In this document: positions 1-9,713 of the stretch, piece by piece
How positions within the stretch are numbered: the stretch's first letter is position 1
How the letters are laid out: each line of letters begins with the position of its first letter
NCBI GenBank assembly: GCA_963841435.1
Contig: CAWJCS010000006.1
Coordinates: forward strand, 1,024,001 to 1,088,000
Length of the DNA stretch: 64,000 bases
DNA from: an uncultured delta proteobacterium
Lineage (GTDB): Bacteria > Myxococcota_A > Polyangia > Polyangiales > Polyangiaceae
Direction: 5' to 3'
Made by a program: the position numbers and the translations under genes
Notes under the pieces: model-generated
The model's input: only the letters and a program-made list of their open reading frames with translations
Told to the model about the DNA's origin: nothing
The model's database searches: none

Positions 1-784
1 TCGTGCGGTCGCCGAAGCGCAGCTTTTCGGCGGCGATGTCGTCGCGCAGCTTGGCGATGCGCGCCTGCGCCTCGCGCTTTTCGAGACCCTGGGCGAGCGC
101 CTCGCGCAGCTTCTTGGCGCGCTCGGCGAGCGCTTTCAGCCGTTCGCGCTCCGCCGGGCTGCCCCCGCTGATCTCGGCGAGGGCCTCGATGCGCTCGAGG
201 CCGCTCGGCTCCTTGAGCCTCACGCGCTCGGCACCGGGGGGCGCAGGAAGCGCGGCGGGCTTGGGCGGCAGCGGGATCACGGCGAGCCACAGCGCGGCGG
301 CGCTGCCGACGGGAAGCGCGCCGTGCCAGCGAGACAGCGGGCGCGGACCGAGCGCCCTCGCGGGTCTCGCCTCGAGCGCGCTCGCCGCGCGGCGCTTTGC
401 CGCCGAGCGAGCCTCCGACGCGCCGTCCTCGACGGCCGTGACGATAGCCTCCGAGGCTCCGAGCTTGGCGTCGAGATAGAGCGCGACGTCCGTATCGGAC
501 CAGCGGCGCCTGAGTGCCACCCAGACGGAAGCGAGCACCCCGACGCCGAGGGCGCAGGGCAGGGCGAGCGGGCGCAGCGCCGCGAGCCTCTGCCACCACG
601 CGAGCGCCGTCAAAAGGGCGCCCCCGAGCGCCCCCGCCGACACGCCGAAGAGCAGCACGCGCAACGCGAGCAGCGCTCGGACCTTCTGCGCGCGGCGCCG
701 AAAGCTCCGTTCGAAGCCGGCCTCCGCGAGAGAAGCCGTGCCGTCCTCGTCTCGTGTCGGCTCTTCGCTCGCGTCGATGCTCAC
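1..784 (-). CDS. Hypothetical membrane protein (C-terminus runs off the window edge)
   Basis: Hand translation from GTG at 784: VSIDASEEPTRDEDG...RALLALRVLLFGVSAGALGGALLTALAWWQRL...RRRWSDTDVALYLDAKLG; hydrophobic segments then a charged region; extended -10 (TGnTAAAAT) at 803-795. Confidence 0.65.
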   Translation of the reverse strand, partial: MSIDASEEPTRDEDGTASLAEAGFERSFRRRAQKVRALLALRVLLFGVSAGALGGALLTALAWWQRLAALRPLALPCALGVGVLASVWVALRRRWSDTDVALYLDAKLGASEAIVTAVEDGASEARSAAKRRAASALEARPARALGPRPLSRWHGALPVGSAAALWLAVIPLPPKPAALPAPPGAERVRLKEPSGLERIEALAEISGGSPAERERLKALAERAKKLREALAQGLEKREAQARIAKLRDDIAAEKLRFGDRT

Positions 785-931
785 GGTGCCCACCATTTTA
801 ACATGCCTGGAAGCGGGCCGCCGCGCCCGGATCCGCGAGCCTCGCGCGAGGGGCCCGTCGCGGCCCCGTGGGCCTCGGCGTCGGGGCCTCGGCGCCTGCC
901 GGCCCCGCGGCGGTGCTAGGCTGAGCGGAAG

Positions 932-1831
932 ATGCAGCACGCCGCGAAGGTCACGGCTCCGGCGCTCCGCGCGCGCAAGGCGCACGGTCCGAAAATCAGC
1001 GTCGTGACCGCCTACGATGCGACCTTCGCCCGCCTCTTCGACGAGGGTGGAGCCGATGCGTTGCTCGTCGGCGATTCGCTCGGCATGGTGGTGCAGGGCC
1101 ACAACACGACGCTCGGTGTCACGCTCGAGGACATGCTCTACCACGGTCGCGCCGTGGCGCGCGGCACGAGGCGCGCGCACCTCGTCGGCGATCTGCCCTT
1201 CATGAGCTACCAGACGGGCGTGGTCCCGGCGCTCGAAGCGGCGGGCCGCATGCTCAAGGAGGGCTCGTACGAGGCCGTGAAGCTCGAGGGCGGCGAAACC
1301 TACGCCGAGCACGTACGCGCGATCGTGCGCGCCGGCATCCCCGTGATGGGTCACGTGGGTCTCCTGCCGCAGTCCGTGCACGCCATGGGTGGTTTCAAGG
1401 TGCAGGGTCGCGACGACCAGTCGGCGGCGCGCTTGCTCGCCGATGCGCGCGCGCTCGAGCAAGCCGGCGCCTACGCCATCGTCGTCGAGGCCGTGCCCGC
1501 CGAGCTCGCGCGCCGCATCACCGAAGCCGTCGGCATCCCCACGATCGGCATCGGCGCCGGCGCTGCATGCGACGGTCAAGTCCTCGTAGGCTACGACCTC
1601 TTGGGCATGTACGGTGAGCTCCGACCCAAATTCGTGAAGCGCTACGCCGAGGTGGGCTCGCTCGTCGTCGAGGCCACGAAAGCGTATGTCTCGGACGTGC
1701 AGAGCGGGGCGTTTCCCACCGCGGCTCATGCCTTCGCCGCGCCGCGCGAGCGGCCAGCGTTGCCCGAGGTCACCGGTGACGAGTCCGTCGTCAAAGGCGA
1801 CCCCCCGCACTATGGACCGGCCGGCGATTGA
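932..1831 (+). CDS. panB: 3-methyl-2-oxobutanoate hydroxymethyltransferase
   Basis: [45 protein letters not shown] motifs. Confidence 0.97.
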   Translation: MQHAAKVTAPALRARKAHGPKISVVTAYDATFARLFDEGGADALLVGDSLGMVVQGHNTTLGVTLEDMLYHGRAVARGTRRAHLVGDLPFMSYQTGVVPALEAAGRMLKEGSYEAVKLEGGETYAEHVRAIVRAGIPVMGHVGLLPQSVHAMGGFKVQGRDDQSAARLLADARALEQAGAYAIVVEAVPAELARRITEAVGIPTIGIGAGAACDGQVLVGYDLLGMYGELRPKFVKRYAEVGSLVVEATKAYVSDVQSGAFPTAAHAFAAPRERPALPEVTGDESVVKGDPPHYGPAGD

Positions 1832-2736
1832 TGGTGAGCGGCGCCGCTACCCAGTCGCCGGAGGTCTGCGAAACGGTCGAGGCATTCCGCGCCGCGTGCG
1901 ACGCGGTACGCCACGGCGGCGAAACCCTCGGGCTCGTTCCGACCATGGGCGCGCTGCATGCCGGGCATCTTGCGCTCGTCGCCGAGGCTCGGCGGCGCGC
2001 ACAAAGGGTCGCCGTGACGATCTTCGTGAACCCCACGCAGTTCGGGCCGCACGAGGACCTTTCGCGCTACCCGCGCCCGCGTGAGGCCGACCTCGAGCTC
2101 TGCCGGCAGGCCGGCGTGAGCATCGTCTTCATGCCACCCGCGTCCGCCATCTACCCGCCGGGTGAAACGACGCGGGTCCGTGTGGGAGCCCTCACCGATG
2201 CGTTGTGCGGACCGCTTCGTCCGGGGCACTTCGAGGGTGTCGCGACCGTCGTCACCAAGCTCTTCGCGGCGGCCGGCCCGGCGATCGCCGTGTTCGGCCG
2301 CAAGGATTACCAGCAGCTTGCCGTCGTCCGGAGGCTGACACTAGACCTCTTGTTGCCCGTGACGATCGTCGGCCACCCCACCGTTCGCGACTCCGATGGC
2401 CTGGCCCTATCGTCGCGCAATGCCTACCTTTCGCGCGAAGAGCGGCAGCGCGCCCTCGCCGTGCCGTTTGCGCTCTCGGCCGTGGTGCGCGCGCACGCAC
2501 GGGGCGAGCGGAACGTCGGCGTCCTGCGCAGGATCGCCCGCACGATCCTCGAGCCCGAGGCGACGCGCCTCGACTACCTGAGCATCACCGACGCCGACGA
2601 TCTCACGCCGCTCATCGACAGCGCCGAGACGGGCGAGCGCGCGCTCTGCGCCGTGGCGGCCTTCATGGGCGCCACGCGGCTCATCGACAACGTCGTCCTC
2701 GGAGAGGACCCGGCGCCACGATCGGAGGCCGCATGA
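1831..2736 (+). CDS. panC: Pantoate-beta-alanine ligase
   Basis: [57 protein letters not shown] overlap with panB. Confidence 0.97.
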   Translation: MVSGAATQSPEVCETVEAFRAACDAVRHGGETLGLVPTMGALHAGHLALVAEARRRAQRVAVTIFVNPTQFGPHEDLSRYPRPREADLELCRQAGVSIVFMPPASAIYPPGETTRVRVGALTDALCGPLRPGHFEGVATVVTKLFAAAGPAIAVFGRKDYQQLAVVRRLTLDLLLPVTIVGHPTVRDSDGLALSSRNAYLSREERQRALAVPFALSAVVRAHARGERNVGVLRRIARTILEPEATRLDYLSITDADDLTPLIDSAETGERALCAVAAFMGATRLIDNVVLGEDPAPRSEAA

Positions 2737-3404
2737 AGCACGAGTCGCTGCCCGGCACCTTCATCGTCGTCGAAGGCGTCAACGGCTGCGGCAGCACGAC
2801 CCACGCGCGTCTGCTCGCCAAGTCGCTGCGCGCGCCCGGGCGCGAGGTGGTGCTCACCTGCGAGCCCACGAACGGTCCCGTCGGCGGATTGATTCGGCAA
2901 ATCCTGCAGCGGCGCCTGTTCGTCACCGACGCAACGGGCCCGCGTGGCTTCGCCTGGTCGACGATGGCGCTCCTGTTCGCCGCCGATCGCCTCGATCACC
3001 TCGACTCGGTGGTCATGCCCGCCCTGCGAGACGGCTCGGTCGTCGTGAGCGATCGGTACCTGCTTTCGAGCCTTGCCTACCAGTCGGCAACCTCGCCAGA
3101 GGGTGTCGACGCCGTGCCGTGGATCCACGAGGTGAACGTGCGGGCCCAGCGCCCCGATCTCACCATCGTGATCGACGTTCCCGCCAACGTCGCGGAGGGG
3201 CGCCGTCAGAACCGCGGCGGCACGGCGGAGGTCTTCGAGACGCGCGCGCTGCAGGAGCGGCTCGTGGCGATCTACGCGCGCGCCGAGACGCTCGTGCCGG
3301 GCGAGCGGGTGGTCCACCTCTCGGGCGTGGGCGAGTCGGCGGATGTCGCAGCCCGCATCCTCGAAGCGACGCTCGAGGCGCTCCCCGTGCTCAGGGGGCG
3401 CTAA
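2733..3404 (+). CDS. tmk: Thymidylate (dTMP) kinase with variant P-loop
   Basis: [49 protein letters not shown] overlap with panC. Confidence 0.9.
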   Translation: MKHESLPGTFIVVEGVNGCGSTTHARLLAKSLRAPGREVVLTCEPTNGPVGGLIRQILQRRLFVTDATGPRGFAWSTMALLFAADRLDHLDSVVMPALRDGSVVVSDRYLLSSLAYQSATSPEGVDAVPWIHEVNVRAQRPDLTIVIDVPANVAEGRRQNRGGTAEVFETRALQERLVAIYARAETLVPGERVVHLSGVGESADVAARILEATLEALPVLRGR

Positions 3405-3453
3405 AAAGGCGGCCATAGGGGCGCGAAGCGGGTGCCCGTGGTAGATTCGCTGG

Positions 3454-4410
3454 ATGGTGTGGCGCTCGTCCTTGGCGTCCGTGGGCCTCGCGGTGGCGTG
3501 TGCCTGGGCATGCGGTGGAGCCTCCAACGTGGAGAGCGAGACGGGCGGGACGGGGCAGGGCGGCTCGACCGGTGGCTCTGGAAACGGTGGGGCCTCGGGA
3601 CGCGCGGGCGATGGCCCAGGGGCCCAGGGTGGCGTGGGCGGCTCGGCGGCAGTCGGCGGTGACGCCGGTAGCGCGCTGGGCGGTGTGGGTGGCATCGGCG
3701 GTGCCGGTGGTGCCGTCGGCGGTGTCGGCGGCGCGGGCGGCAGCGTTGGTGGTGTCGGCGGCGTTGGCGGCAGCGTCGGTGGCAGTGCGGCGAGCGGCGG
3801 TGACGCGGGCATCGCAGGCTCACTCGGGGGCACCGCCGGCGACGCCGGCGCGGCCGGCGCCCCGGGCTGCGTCGATCCCGACGGCGCCGTCCAGCCCATG
3901 AGTGGCGCGTCGGTCGCGAGCACCACGGTGGGCGAAAACGGATCCTTTACCGACACCTGCGACGAAAACGGAAACCTCGTCGAGTACGTCTGCGAGATGG
4001 CGCCCTGCACCGTCCAGCGCATCATCCCCGCCACGGGCGGCCAGGGCACGGGTGGGACCAGCGCCTGCCTGCCGATGGCGTCCGGTCAGGTCGTCCCCCT
4101 GTCCATCGACTGCGCGGGCCACTGCCGCGACGGCGCGTGCTTCGGCTGGTGCGCGAGCTTCGGCGACACGTTCACCGTGACGGCCGTCGCCGCGAACGGG
4201 CTCGAGATGAGCCGCGGCGACGACGCGTACTCGTGCTCGGTGGTGTTCCAGCGCGATGGCTACGATTGCCTTGGCGCGAGCCTCATGGGCCGCGAGCTCG
4301 TCGTGACCTCGCTCGGCGCCTGCGTCGGAGCCAGCACGACCTTCGGTTGGGACGATCTCGACGATCCGGCCACCGAAGAATGCGCGTTCACGTGCACCTT
4401 GCTCGATTGA
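3454..4410 (+). CDS. Gly-rich secreted lipoprotein with Cys-rich C-terminal domain
   Basis: Signal peptide ending AWAC, about 110-aa Gly/Ala linker, Cys-rich C-terminus. Confidence 0.75.
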   Translation: MVWRSSLASVGLAVACAWACGGASNVESETGGTGQGGSTGGSGNGGASGRAGDGPGAQGGVGGSAAVGGDAGSALGGVGGIGGAGGAVGGVGGAGGSVGGVGGVGGSVGGSAASGGDAGIAGSLGGTAGDAGAAGAPGCVDPDGAVQPMSGASVASTTVGENGSFTDTCDENGNLVEYVCEMAPCTVQRIIPATGGQGTGGTSACLPMASGQVVPLSIDCAGHCRDGACFGWCASFGDTFTVTAVAANGLEMSRGDDAYSCSVVFQRDGYDCLGASLMGRELVVTSLGACVGASTTFGWDDLDDPATEECAFTCTLLD

Positions 4411-4521
4411 GCTTCGGTCTACCGGCCTGAGGGAGTCGGAAAGGGGGGACCCGCGAGACCGCTCGCGCCGAGCGCGATCTTGTCTTCCAAGACTGCCCAA
4501 GTTGAACGCTAGATCGGGCGC

Positions 4522-4854
4522 ATGCCGTGCCTGATCGGCTGCATCGCCATCCTGTTTCCGCGCCTTTCGCTGCTCTTTGTGTGGCTTTTCGGCGGCGACT
4601 ACCTCACGCGCGCCTACCAGGGCTGGATCTGGCCGCTCTTCGGATTCTTCTTCCTGCCGCTCACGACGCTCGCCTTCGCCTTCGGCATGAACTCGCTCGG
4701 GCCCCCGGGCGAGATGGGGCCGCTCGGCTGGCTGCTAGTGGCGCTCGGCGCGGCGGGAGACCTGGGGCTCCTCCGGGGGGGCGCCCACGGCGCCGAGAGC
4801 TTTCGCGGCCGCTCCCGGAGTGACGGGGGTTGGCGCCATCCTCCGCGGTCCTGA
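4522..4854 (+). CDS. Small hypothetical membrane protein
   Basis: FPRL..LFVWLF, WPLFGFFFLPLTTLA; about 3 hydrophobic helices. Confidence 0.75.
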   Translation: MPCLIGCIAILFPRLSLLFVWLFGGDYLTRAYQGWIWPLFGFFFLPLTTLAFAFGMNSLGPPGEMGPLGWLLVALGAAGDLGLLRGGAHGAESFRGRSRSDGGWRHPPRS

Positions 4855-4892
4855 ACTTGCCCCGCAGCGCGGGTCATTGCCATAGTCGGGGT

Positions 4893-5348
4893 ATGCGAGG
4901 CCTCGTCCTGCTCGCTTCGTCCGCCGCCCTCGCGACGGCCTGTGGCGGCGCGCCGCGCGCCGAGACGGCGGCGAGCGCCCCGGCCACGGAAAAGGCCGCC
5001 CCGACGCCGAGACCCGCGCCGCCGCCCAAGGGCACGCTCCGGCGCGCCGACGTGAACGCCGTGCTCGATGCCGGTTTCGGCCGCTTCCTTCAGACGGTCG
5101 CCGTCGAGCCACGACTCGACGCCGGTCGCTTCCGCGGCTGGACGATCCTCGATCTCGAACAGGGCCCGTTCTACGACGCCGTCGATCTCAAGCCGGGTGA
5201 CGTGGTGACCCGCGTCAACGGGATGCCGATCGAGCGCGACACCGAGGCGTTCGACGCCTTCGAGTCGCTGCGTACCGCGTCGGCGCTCACGGTCGATTAC
5301 GCGCGCGCCGGGACCGAGCGCACGATCGTCTACCGCATCGTGCCCTGA
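4893..5348 (+). CDS. Lipoprotein with GspC-like PDZ domain
   Basis: Lipobox ATAC; FRGW, DLKPGDVVTRVNG, LTVDYARAG. Confidence 0.75.
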   Translation: MRGLVLLASSAALATACGGAPRAETAASAPATEKAAPTPRPAPPPKGTLRRADVNAVLDAGFGRFLQTVAVEPRLDAGRFRGWTILDLEQGPFYDAVDLKPGDVVTRVNGMPIERDTEAFDAFESLRTASALTVDYARAGTERTIVYRIVP

Positions 5349-5357
5349 GCGGCGCCG

Positions 5358-6491
5358 TCAGGTCGCGGCGAGCTGGAAGGCGACGAGCGCATCCAGCATG
5401 GCGCCGAAGCGTTGGCGCGAAAAGCGCGAACCGCTCGTGATCCAGTCGACGTGTACGCTGGGGGTCACATCGTCGTGGAAATGGCCGATCACGTCGAGGT
5501 GGTCGGCCTCGCCCGCCCACAAGAGCTCGCCCCAGATCATGCTGAGCGTCGGGACGATGCCGTCGCTCGTGGCATCGCCGATCTCGTGGTCGATGCCCGC
5601 CTTCAACAGATCGAGCTGGCGAGCGGTCGGCTTCGCATAGGGGTAGACGCGCGGTCGCTGCCCGGCAAACTGGTAGAGTGTCGAGAACATCGCCGCCGTG
5701 AGCGCCGCGTACGGCGAGCGGATGCGACGCGCGATGCGCAACGAACGGGGCGGTGGCGCCGCCGTGGCCACCGAGCCGTAGCGAACGCCAGAGCGATCCT
5801 CGGTCGCGGCGTTGAAGAGGTCCACGGCCTCCGGCATGATCTGCACGATGGCGCCCTGATCGACGCGAACCTTGCTCAAGAATTGCGAAATTTCCTCGCG
5901 CCCGTCACGATCGACGAACCTGAGGATGCCGTCCGTCACGCGGCTGACGAGCTTGAGATCGCCGCCGAACAGCGCGTCAACGCCGCCGACCCCGGCGAGC
6001 ACGCGCGAGAAGATCGCGAGCGACGGCTCGCCGAGCGTCAGCGAGAGCACCGTGAACAAGCTGAGCGCGTAGAGCACTCGCGTGCCCGACACCGTTGCGA
6101 AGTAGCTGGCGACGGGCGTGCCGTAGTGCGGGGTATTGAGCGTGATCGTCAACCGCACGCGCGGCCGCCAGGCGAGCTGCGCTTCGTCGACGCCGAGGCT
6201 CGCCGAAGGGGAGAGCACGAGACGCGCGTCGAGGCCTCCCGTCGAGTGCCCGACGAGGTGGATCGGGCCACCTTCCGTGGTCGTTCGCGCGACGGTGCTC
6301 GCGAGCACGCGCGAGCGGTAGCGCAGCGACGACGTGGGTGGCGCCGGCACGTCCTCGCAGATGACCTCGACACCCGCGTCGGCGTAGCGGCGCTCGATGC
6401 CGGCGCGAAGGTGCGTGAAGTAGTCGTAGCCCGCGAGCTTCGCGAAGCCGAACAGCCCCGGAACGAAGTAGACTCGGTGGGCCTGTGTCAT
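5358..6491 (-). CDS. Triacylglycerol lipase-like alpha/beta hydrolase
   Basis: PGLFGF oxyanion region, HLVGHSTGG nucleophile, TPHYGT, SDGIVP (Asp), DHLDVIGH (His). Confidence 0.88.
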   Translation of the reverse strand: MTQAHRVYFVPGLFGFAKLAGYDYFTHLRAGIERRYADAGVEVICEDVPAPPTSSLRYRSRVLASTVARTTTEGGPIHLVGHSTGGLDARLVLSPSASLGVDEAQLAWRPRVRLTITLNTPHYGTPVASYFATVSGTRVLYALSLFTVLSLTLGEPSLAIFSRVLAGVGGVDALFGGDLKLVSRVTDGILRFVDRDGREEISQFLSKVRVDQGAIVQIMPEAVDLFNAATEDRSGVRYGSVATAAPPPRSLRIARRIRSPYAALTAAMFSTLYQFAGQRPRVYPYAKPTARQLDLLKAGIDHEIGDATSDGIVPTLSMIWGELLWAGEADHLDVIGHFHDDVTPSVHVDWITSGSRFSRQRFGAMLDALVAFQLAAT

Positions 6492-6540
6492 GGGGCGCTC
6501 AGGCCCGGGAGGCCGTGGATGGGCGCGTCGGCAGGCGGCT

Positions 6541-7422
6541 TCACTCGATGGTGACGCGGGCTTCGAGCGCGAAATCGAAGCGCAGCTCGCCGCCGGCGAT
6601 GCCGAGGTCGGTGAAGGATGCCTGGCGCAGGCGGTGCACGGCGAGCGTGGCAACACCCCGTGCGGGCAGCAGAGCCACGGGGACGGCGCCCGTGCCCGCG
6701 TCGTCGCGGAAGGCGCACTCCGTCGTCACCGTGCCCGCGTCGATCACGACGAGCACTCGATCGCCCGAGCTTCCCGCCGCCCAGGCGAGGGTGGCATCGC
6801 GCGCGGCGGAGAGTGACTCGACTTCGGCGAGCGGCGTTTCGCCGAGCCTCACGTCGGTGAGCTCCGCCGGCGCGGGCGCTGCCGCCGAGATGGGGCCGAG
6901 CGCGGCTGCACCCCCCGCGAGCGTGCCCGAGGTGGCGATCGTGTAGGTGCGGCCGCTCGGCAGGGGCTCCGGCGCCCGATCACGCGTGGTGTAGACCACG
7001 CCGGCGAGCGAGTCGGTGACCGTGGGGAAGGCGCGTGGCGCGAGGGTCGTGACGCTGCCACCCGCGGCGACGGTGACCTCCCCGGCGTCGAGCAGCTCGA
7101 TGCGCGTGAGGTCCCCGGTGGCGCCCGCCTCGCCCGCCACGACCTTGCGACAGGCACCGGCCTCGGGCGCGTCCACTGAGAGACCCGCGGCGGCCAGCGC
7201 GCGCCCCGCGTTGGCGTCGACCGGCAGGCGTGAGAAGGTGGCGAGCGCGTCGGCCCTCACCTCTTCGGGCGTGACCGCGGAAGCCGTGCGCGTGATGGTG
7301 ACGAGGGCGTGCGTGCTGCCGGCCGCTTCGGTCGCCGGGTCGCCATCGGTGCTCACGCCGCAGCCGAGCGCGGTGGCACCGAGCACGACCAGGTAGCGGG
7401 CGAACGTCGTCGAAGGCGACAC
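6541..7422 (-). CDS. Hypothetical lipoprotein
   Basis: Lipobox ALGC; beta-rich sequence; typical codon usage. Confidence 0.7.
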   Translation of the reverse strand: MSPSTTFARYLVVLGATALGCGVSTDGDPATEAAGSTHALVTITRTASAVTPEEVRADALATFSRLPVDANAGRALAAAGLSVDAPEAGACRKVVAGEAGATGDLTRIELLDAGEVTVAAGGSVTTLAPRAFPTVTDSLAGVVYTTRDRAPEPLPSGRTYTIATSGTLAGGAAALGPISAAAPAPAELTDVRLGETPLAEVESLSAARDATLAWAAGSSGDRVLVVIDAGTVTTECAFRDDAGTGAVPVALLPARGVATLAVHRLRQASFTDLGIAGGELRFDFALEARVTIE

Positions 7423-7459
7423 TCCCTAGATCGTAGGCCAGGCGCCCGGGCCCCGCAAG

Positions 7460-8821
7460 TCAGCGGGGAAGCCTCGCGATCACGCTGCGGACCACGGCCC
7501 GCCCCTTGCCCTTGAGTTCGCGGAGGCTCTCCGGGCCAAGGTCGTGGGTTTCGGCGAGCAGTGCGGCGAGCTCCGCGGTGACGAGCGTCTCACCGGGGCG
7601 GGCGGCCGTTTCGAGCCGGCTCGCGACGTTCACGGCGTCGCCCCAGAGGTCGTAGAGCAGGCGCTCGCGGCCGAGCACGCCGGCCATCGCTTCGCCACGC
7701 GCGATGCCCACGCGCAAATGCAGGTCGCGCCCGCGCCGTGCCGCCACCTCGGCCACCTTGAGGTGCATGCTCAGGGCCGCGTCGGCCGCGGCTATCGCGT
7801 CGTGCGAGGTCGGCTTCTCGATGCCCAGCACGGCGAGGTACCCGTCGCCGATCGTCTTGATCTTTTCGAGCGCGTGGCTCTTTGCGACCCCGTCGAACTC
7901 CGAGAACAGCTCGTCGAGCAGCTCGACGAGCTCGGGCGGCTTGAGCGCCGATGCGAGCTGCGTGAAATCGCACAGGTCGGCCATCACGATCGTGAGCTTT
8001 TCGTGGGAGTCGGCGATCGGCGCCTCGCCGGCGCGCAGGCGCTCGACGATGCGGGCCGGCAGCACGGCCGAGAGGAGCTTTTCGGTCTTCTGGCGCTCGG
8101 CCTCGAGCTTCTCGTTGACGGCCGCGAGGGCGCTGTGCTGCCGTTCGATCGTGACGCGTTGCTCGAAATCCCTCGCCTTCGTTCGGTAGAGCATGCGCGA
8201 AAAGATCACGCAGACCGCCGTGAAGCCGGCGCCGTTGATGCCTTGACTGAACGCGAGGGGCGGCTCCGTCGTGAAGGCGAGCTGGCCCGCGAGGAAGGCC
8301 GCGTAGCCGGCACCGAACGCCAGATACGTCGGCAGGCTCTCGAACGTCACGAACAGCGCAGACCCGATGGCGACGATCAGATAGACGGTGATTCCCGCGC
8401 CGATGAGCTGGTCGACGCCCGACAGCACGCCGCTCCACACGAGGAAGAACGCCGTCGTGATATAGGCGACGCGCGCCTTCGACGCGGCATTGGCGGTCAG
8501 CTGCGACACCAGCATCGAAAGAGCGGTGCCGACGAGCATCATGACGTGCAGGACGAAGAGCCAGCTTTGCCAAGTGCGCTCGGGGGCGCTCTCGGCCGGC
8601 GCCTGGACGAGGTCGTGCACGACGAGCCCGAGGTGCACGACGAAGAGCAGGATCGAGAACGCGCGTAGCCGCTCCACCGCCTGTTTGCCGAGCTCCTTTC
8701 GGAAGAGAGAAAGCTCCTCCGCAGCCAGGCCGATGCGGTGCCGGAGCGCGAGCCGCCCCAACCCGAGGGCACGTCCACGCGTGGCTGCCTCGGCGCGTTC
8801 GACCATCGCGTCGTCGAGCAT
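7460..8821 (-). CDS. Membrane-anchored class III adenylate cyclase
   Basis: About 6 TM helices, S-helix-like EKLLSAVLP, ADLCDFT, EKIKTIGDGY, RVGIARG, YDLWGDAVNVASRLE (Lys/Asp indicate ATP specificity); start approximate. Confidence 0.9.
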   Translation of the reverse strand: MLDDAMVERAEAATRGRALGLGRLALRHRIGLAAEELSLFRKELGKQAVERLRAFSILLFVVHLGLVVHDLVQAPAESAPERTWQSWLFVLHVMMLVGTALSMLVSQLTANAASKARVAYITTAFFLVWSGVLSGVDQLIGAGITVYLIVAIGSALFVTFESLPTYLAFGAGYAAFLAGQLAFTTEPPLAFSQGINGAGFTAVCVIFSRMLYRTKARDFEQRVTIERQHSALAAVNEKLEAERQKTEKLLSAVLPARIVERLRAGEAPIADSHEKLTIVMADLCDFTQLASALKPPELVELLDELFSEFDGVAKSHALEKIKTIGDGYLAVLGIEKPTSHDAIAAADAALSMHLKVAEVAARRGRDLHLRVGIARGEAMAGVLGRERLLYDLWGDAVNVASRLETAARPGETLVTAELAALLAETHDLGPESLRELKGKGRAVVRSVIARLPR

Positions 8822-8840
8822 ACCGACTTTCAGGCCGGGG

Positions 8841-9143
8841 CTAGCGGAAGCGCGACGGGAAGGTGCCGTCGGCGGCGCTCCGCTCGAGCACGCTATCGCC
8901 TGGGTGCAGCGCGAGGGCGCGCCGGAGCAGCACGGCCTCCGATTCCGGGCGCGCTGGGTCTGGGACGCAGCACGCGACGGGGCACACGGCCTGGCACGCC
9001 TCCCCAGCATGGTAGCCGACGCACTCCGTGCAAAGGTCCGGCTCGATGACGTAGAGCGCACCCCCCTCGTGGATCGCGTCGTTGGGACATTCCGGTTCGC
9101 AGGCCCCGCAGTTGATGCAATCATCGGTGATCACGGTTGCCAT
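8841..9143 (-). CDS. YfhL-family 2[4Fe-4S] ferredoxin
   Basis: MATVITDDCINCGACEPECPN...CTECVGY...CQAVCPVACC. Confidence 0.92.
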   Translation of the reverse strand: MATVITDDCINCGACEPECPNDAIHEGGALYVIEPDLCTECVGYHAGEACQAVCPVACCVPDPARPESEAVLLRRALALHPGDSVLERSAADGTFPSRFR

Positions 9144-9211
9144 GCGCCAAAATCCCCGGACGGGGACACTAGCACTCGGCCGCAGCCCGTGACATAGAGC
9201 CCCCCTCCGGA

Positions 9212-9700
9212 ATGAACAGGCTGCTCTTCGTCTTGTTGCTTTTGGTGGCCGGCTGCGCGCCGGGTATCGGCGACGCCTGTGAAACGTCAACCGATTGCTC
9301 ACAGAACGGCGACCGGCTGTGCGACGTGAGCCAGCCGGGCGGGTACTGCACGGTGTTCGCCTGCGATCCCGGCAGCTGCCCGGACGACGCGGTCTGCATC
9401 CTCTTCGGCAAGGATCCATCGACGGTCGCAGGTTGCGAGGACGACACCGGCTCGAATCCGTCCGCTCGCAGCTTCTGTATGAAGAAGTGCAAGAACAGCG
9501 GAGACTGCCGACAGCCCGAGGGATACATCTGCGTCGACCCCGTGGGCCCCGACCGGCCGATCTCCGCGGTGAACCTCGACGCACCGAGCAAGGTTTGTAT
9601 GTTCGTCTCCAGCGAGACGCGCGCGACGGACGCGGCGTCGGACGTGTGTCACGCCGAGCCGGTGTCGTCCGGCGGGGGCGGCGAGGGCGGCGGGGGCTGA
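9212..9700 (+). CDS. Cys-rich lipoprotein
   Basis: Lipobox VAGC; IGDAC...PGGYCT..C.PGSCP, FCMKKC....DCR..GYIC. Confidence 0.8.
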   Translation: MNRLLFVLLLLVAGCAPGIGDACETSTDCSQNGDRLCDVSQPGGYCTVFACDPGSCPDDAVCILFGKDPSTVAGCEDDTGSNPSARSFCMKKCKNSGDCRQPEGYICVDPVGPDRPISAVNLDAPSKVCMFVSSETRATDAASDVCHAEPVSSGGGGEGGGG

Positions 9701-9713
9701 CGGTCGCCAGGCG

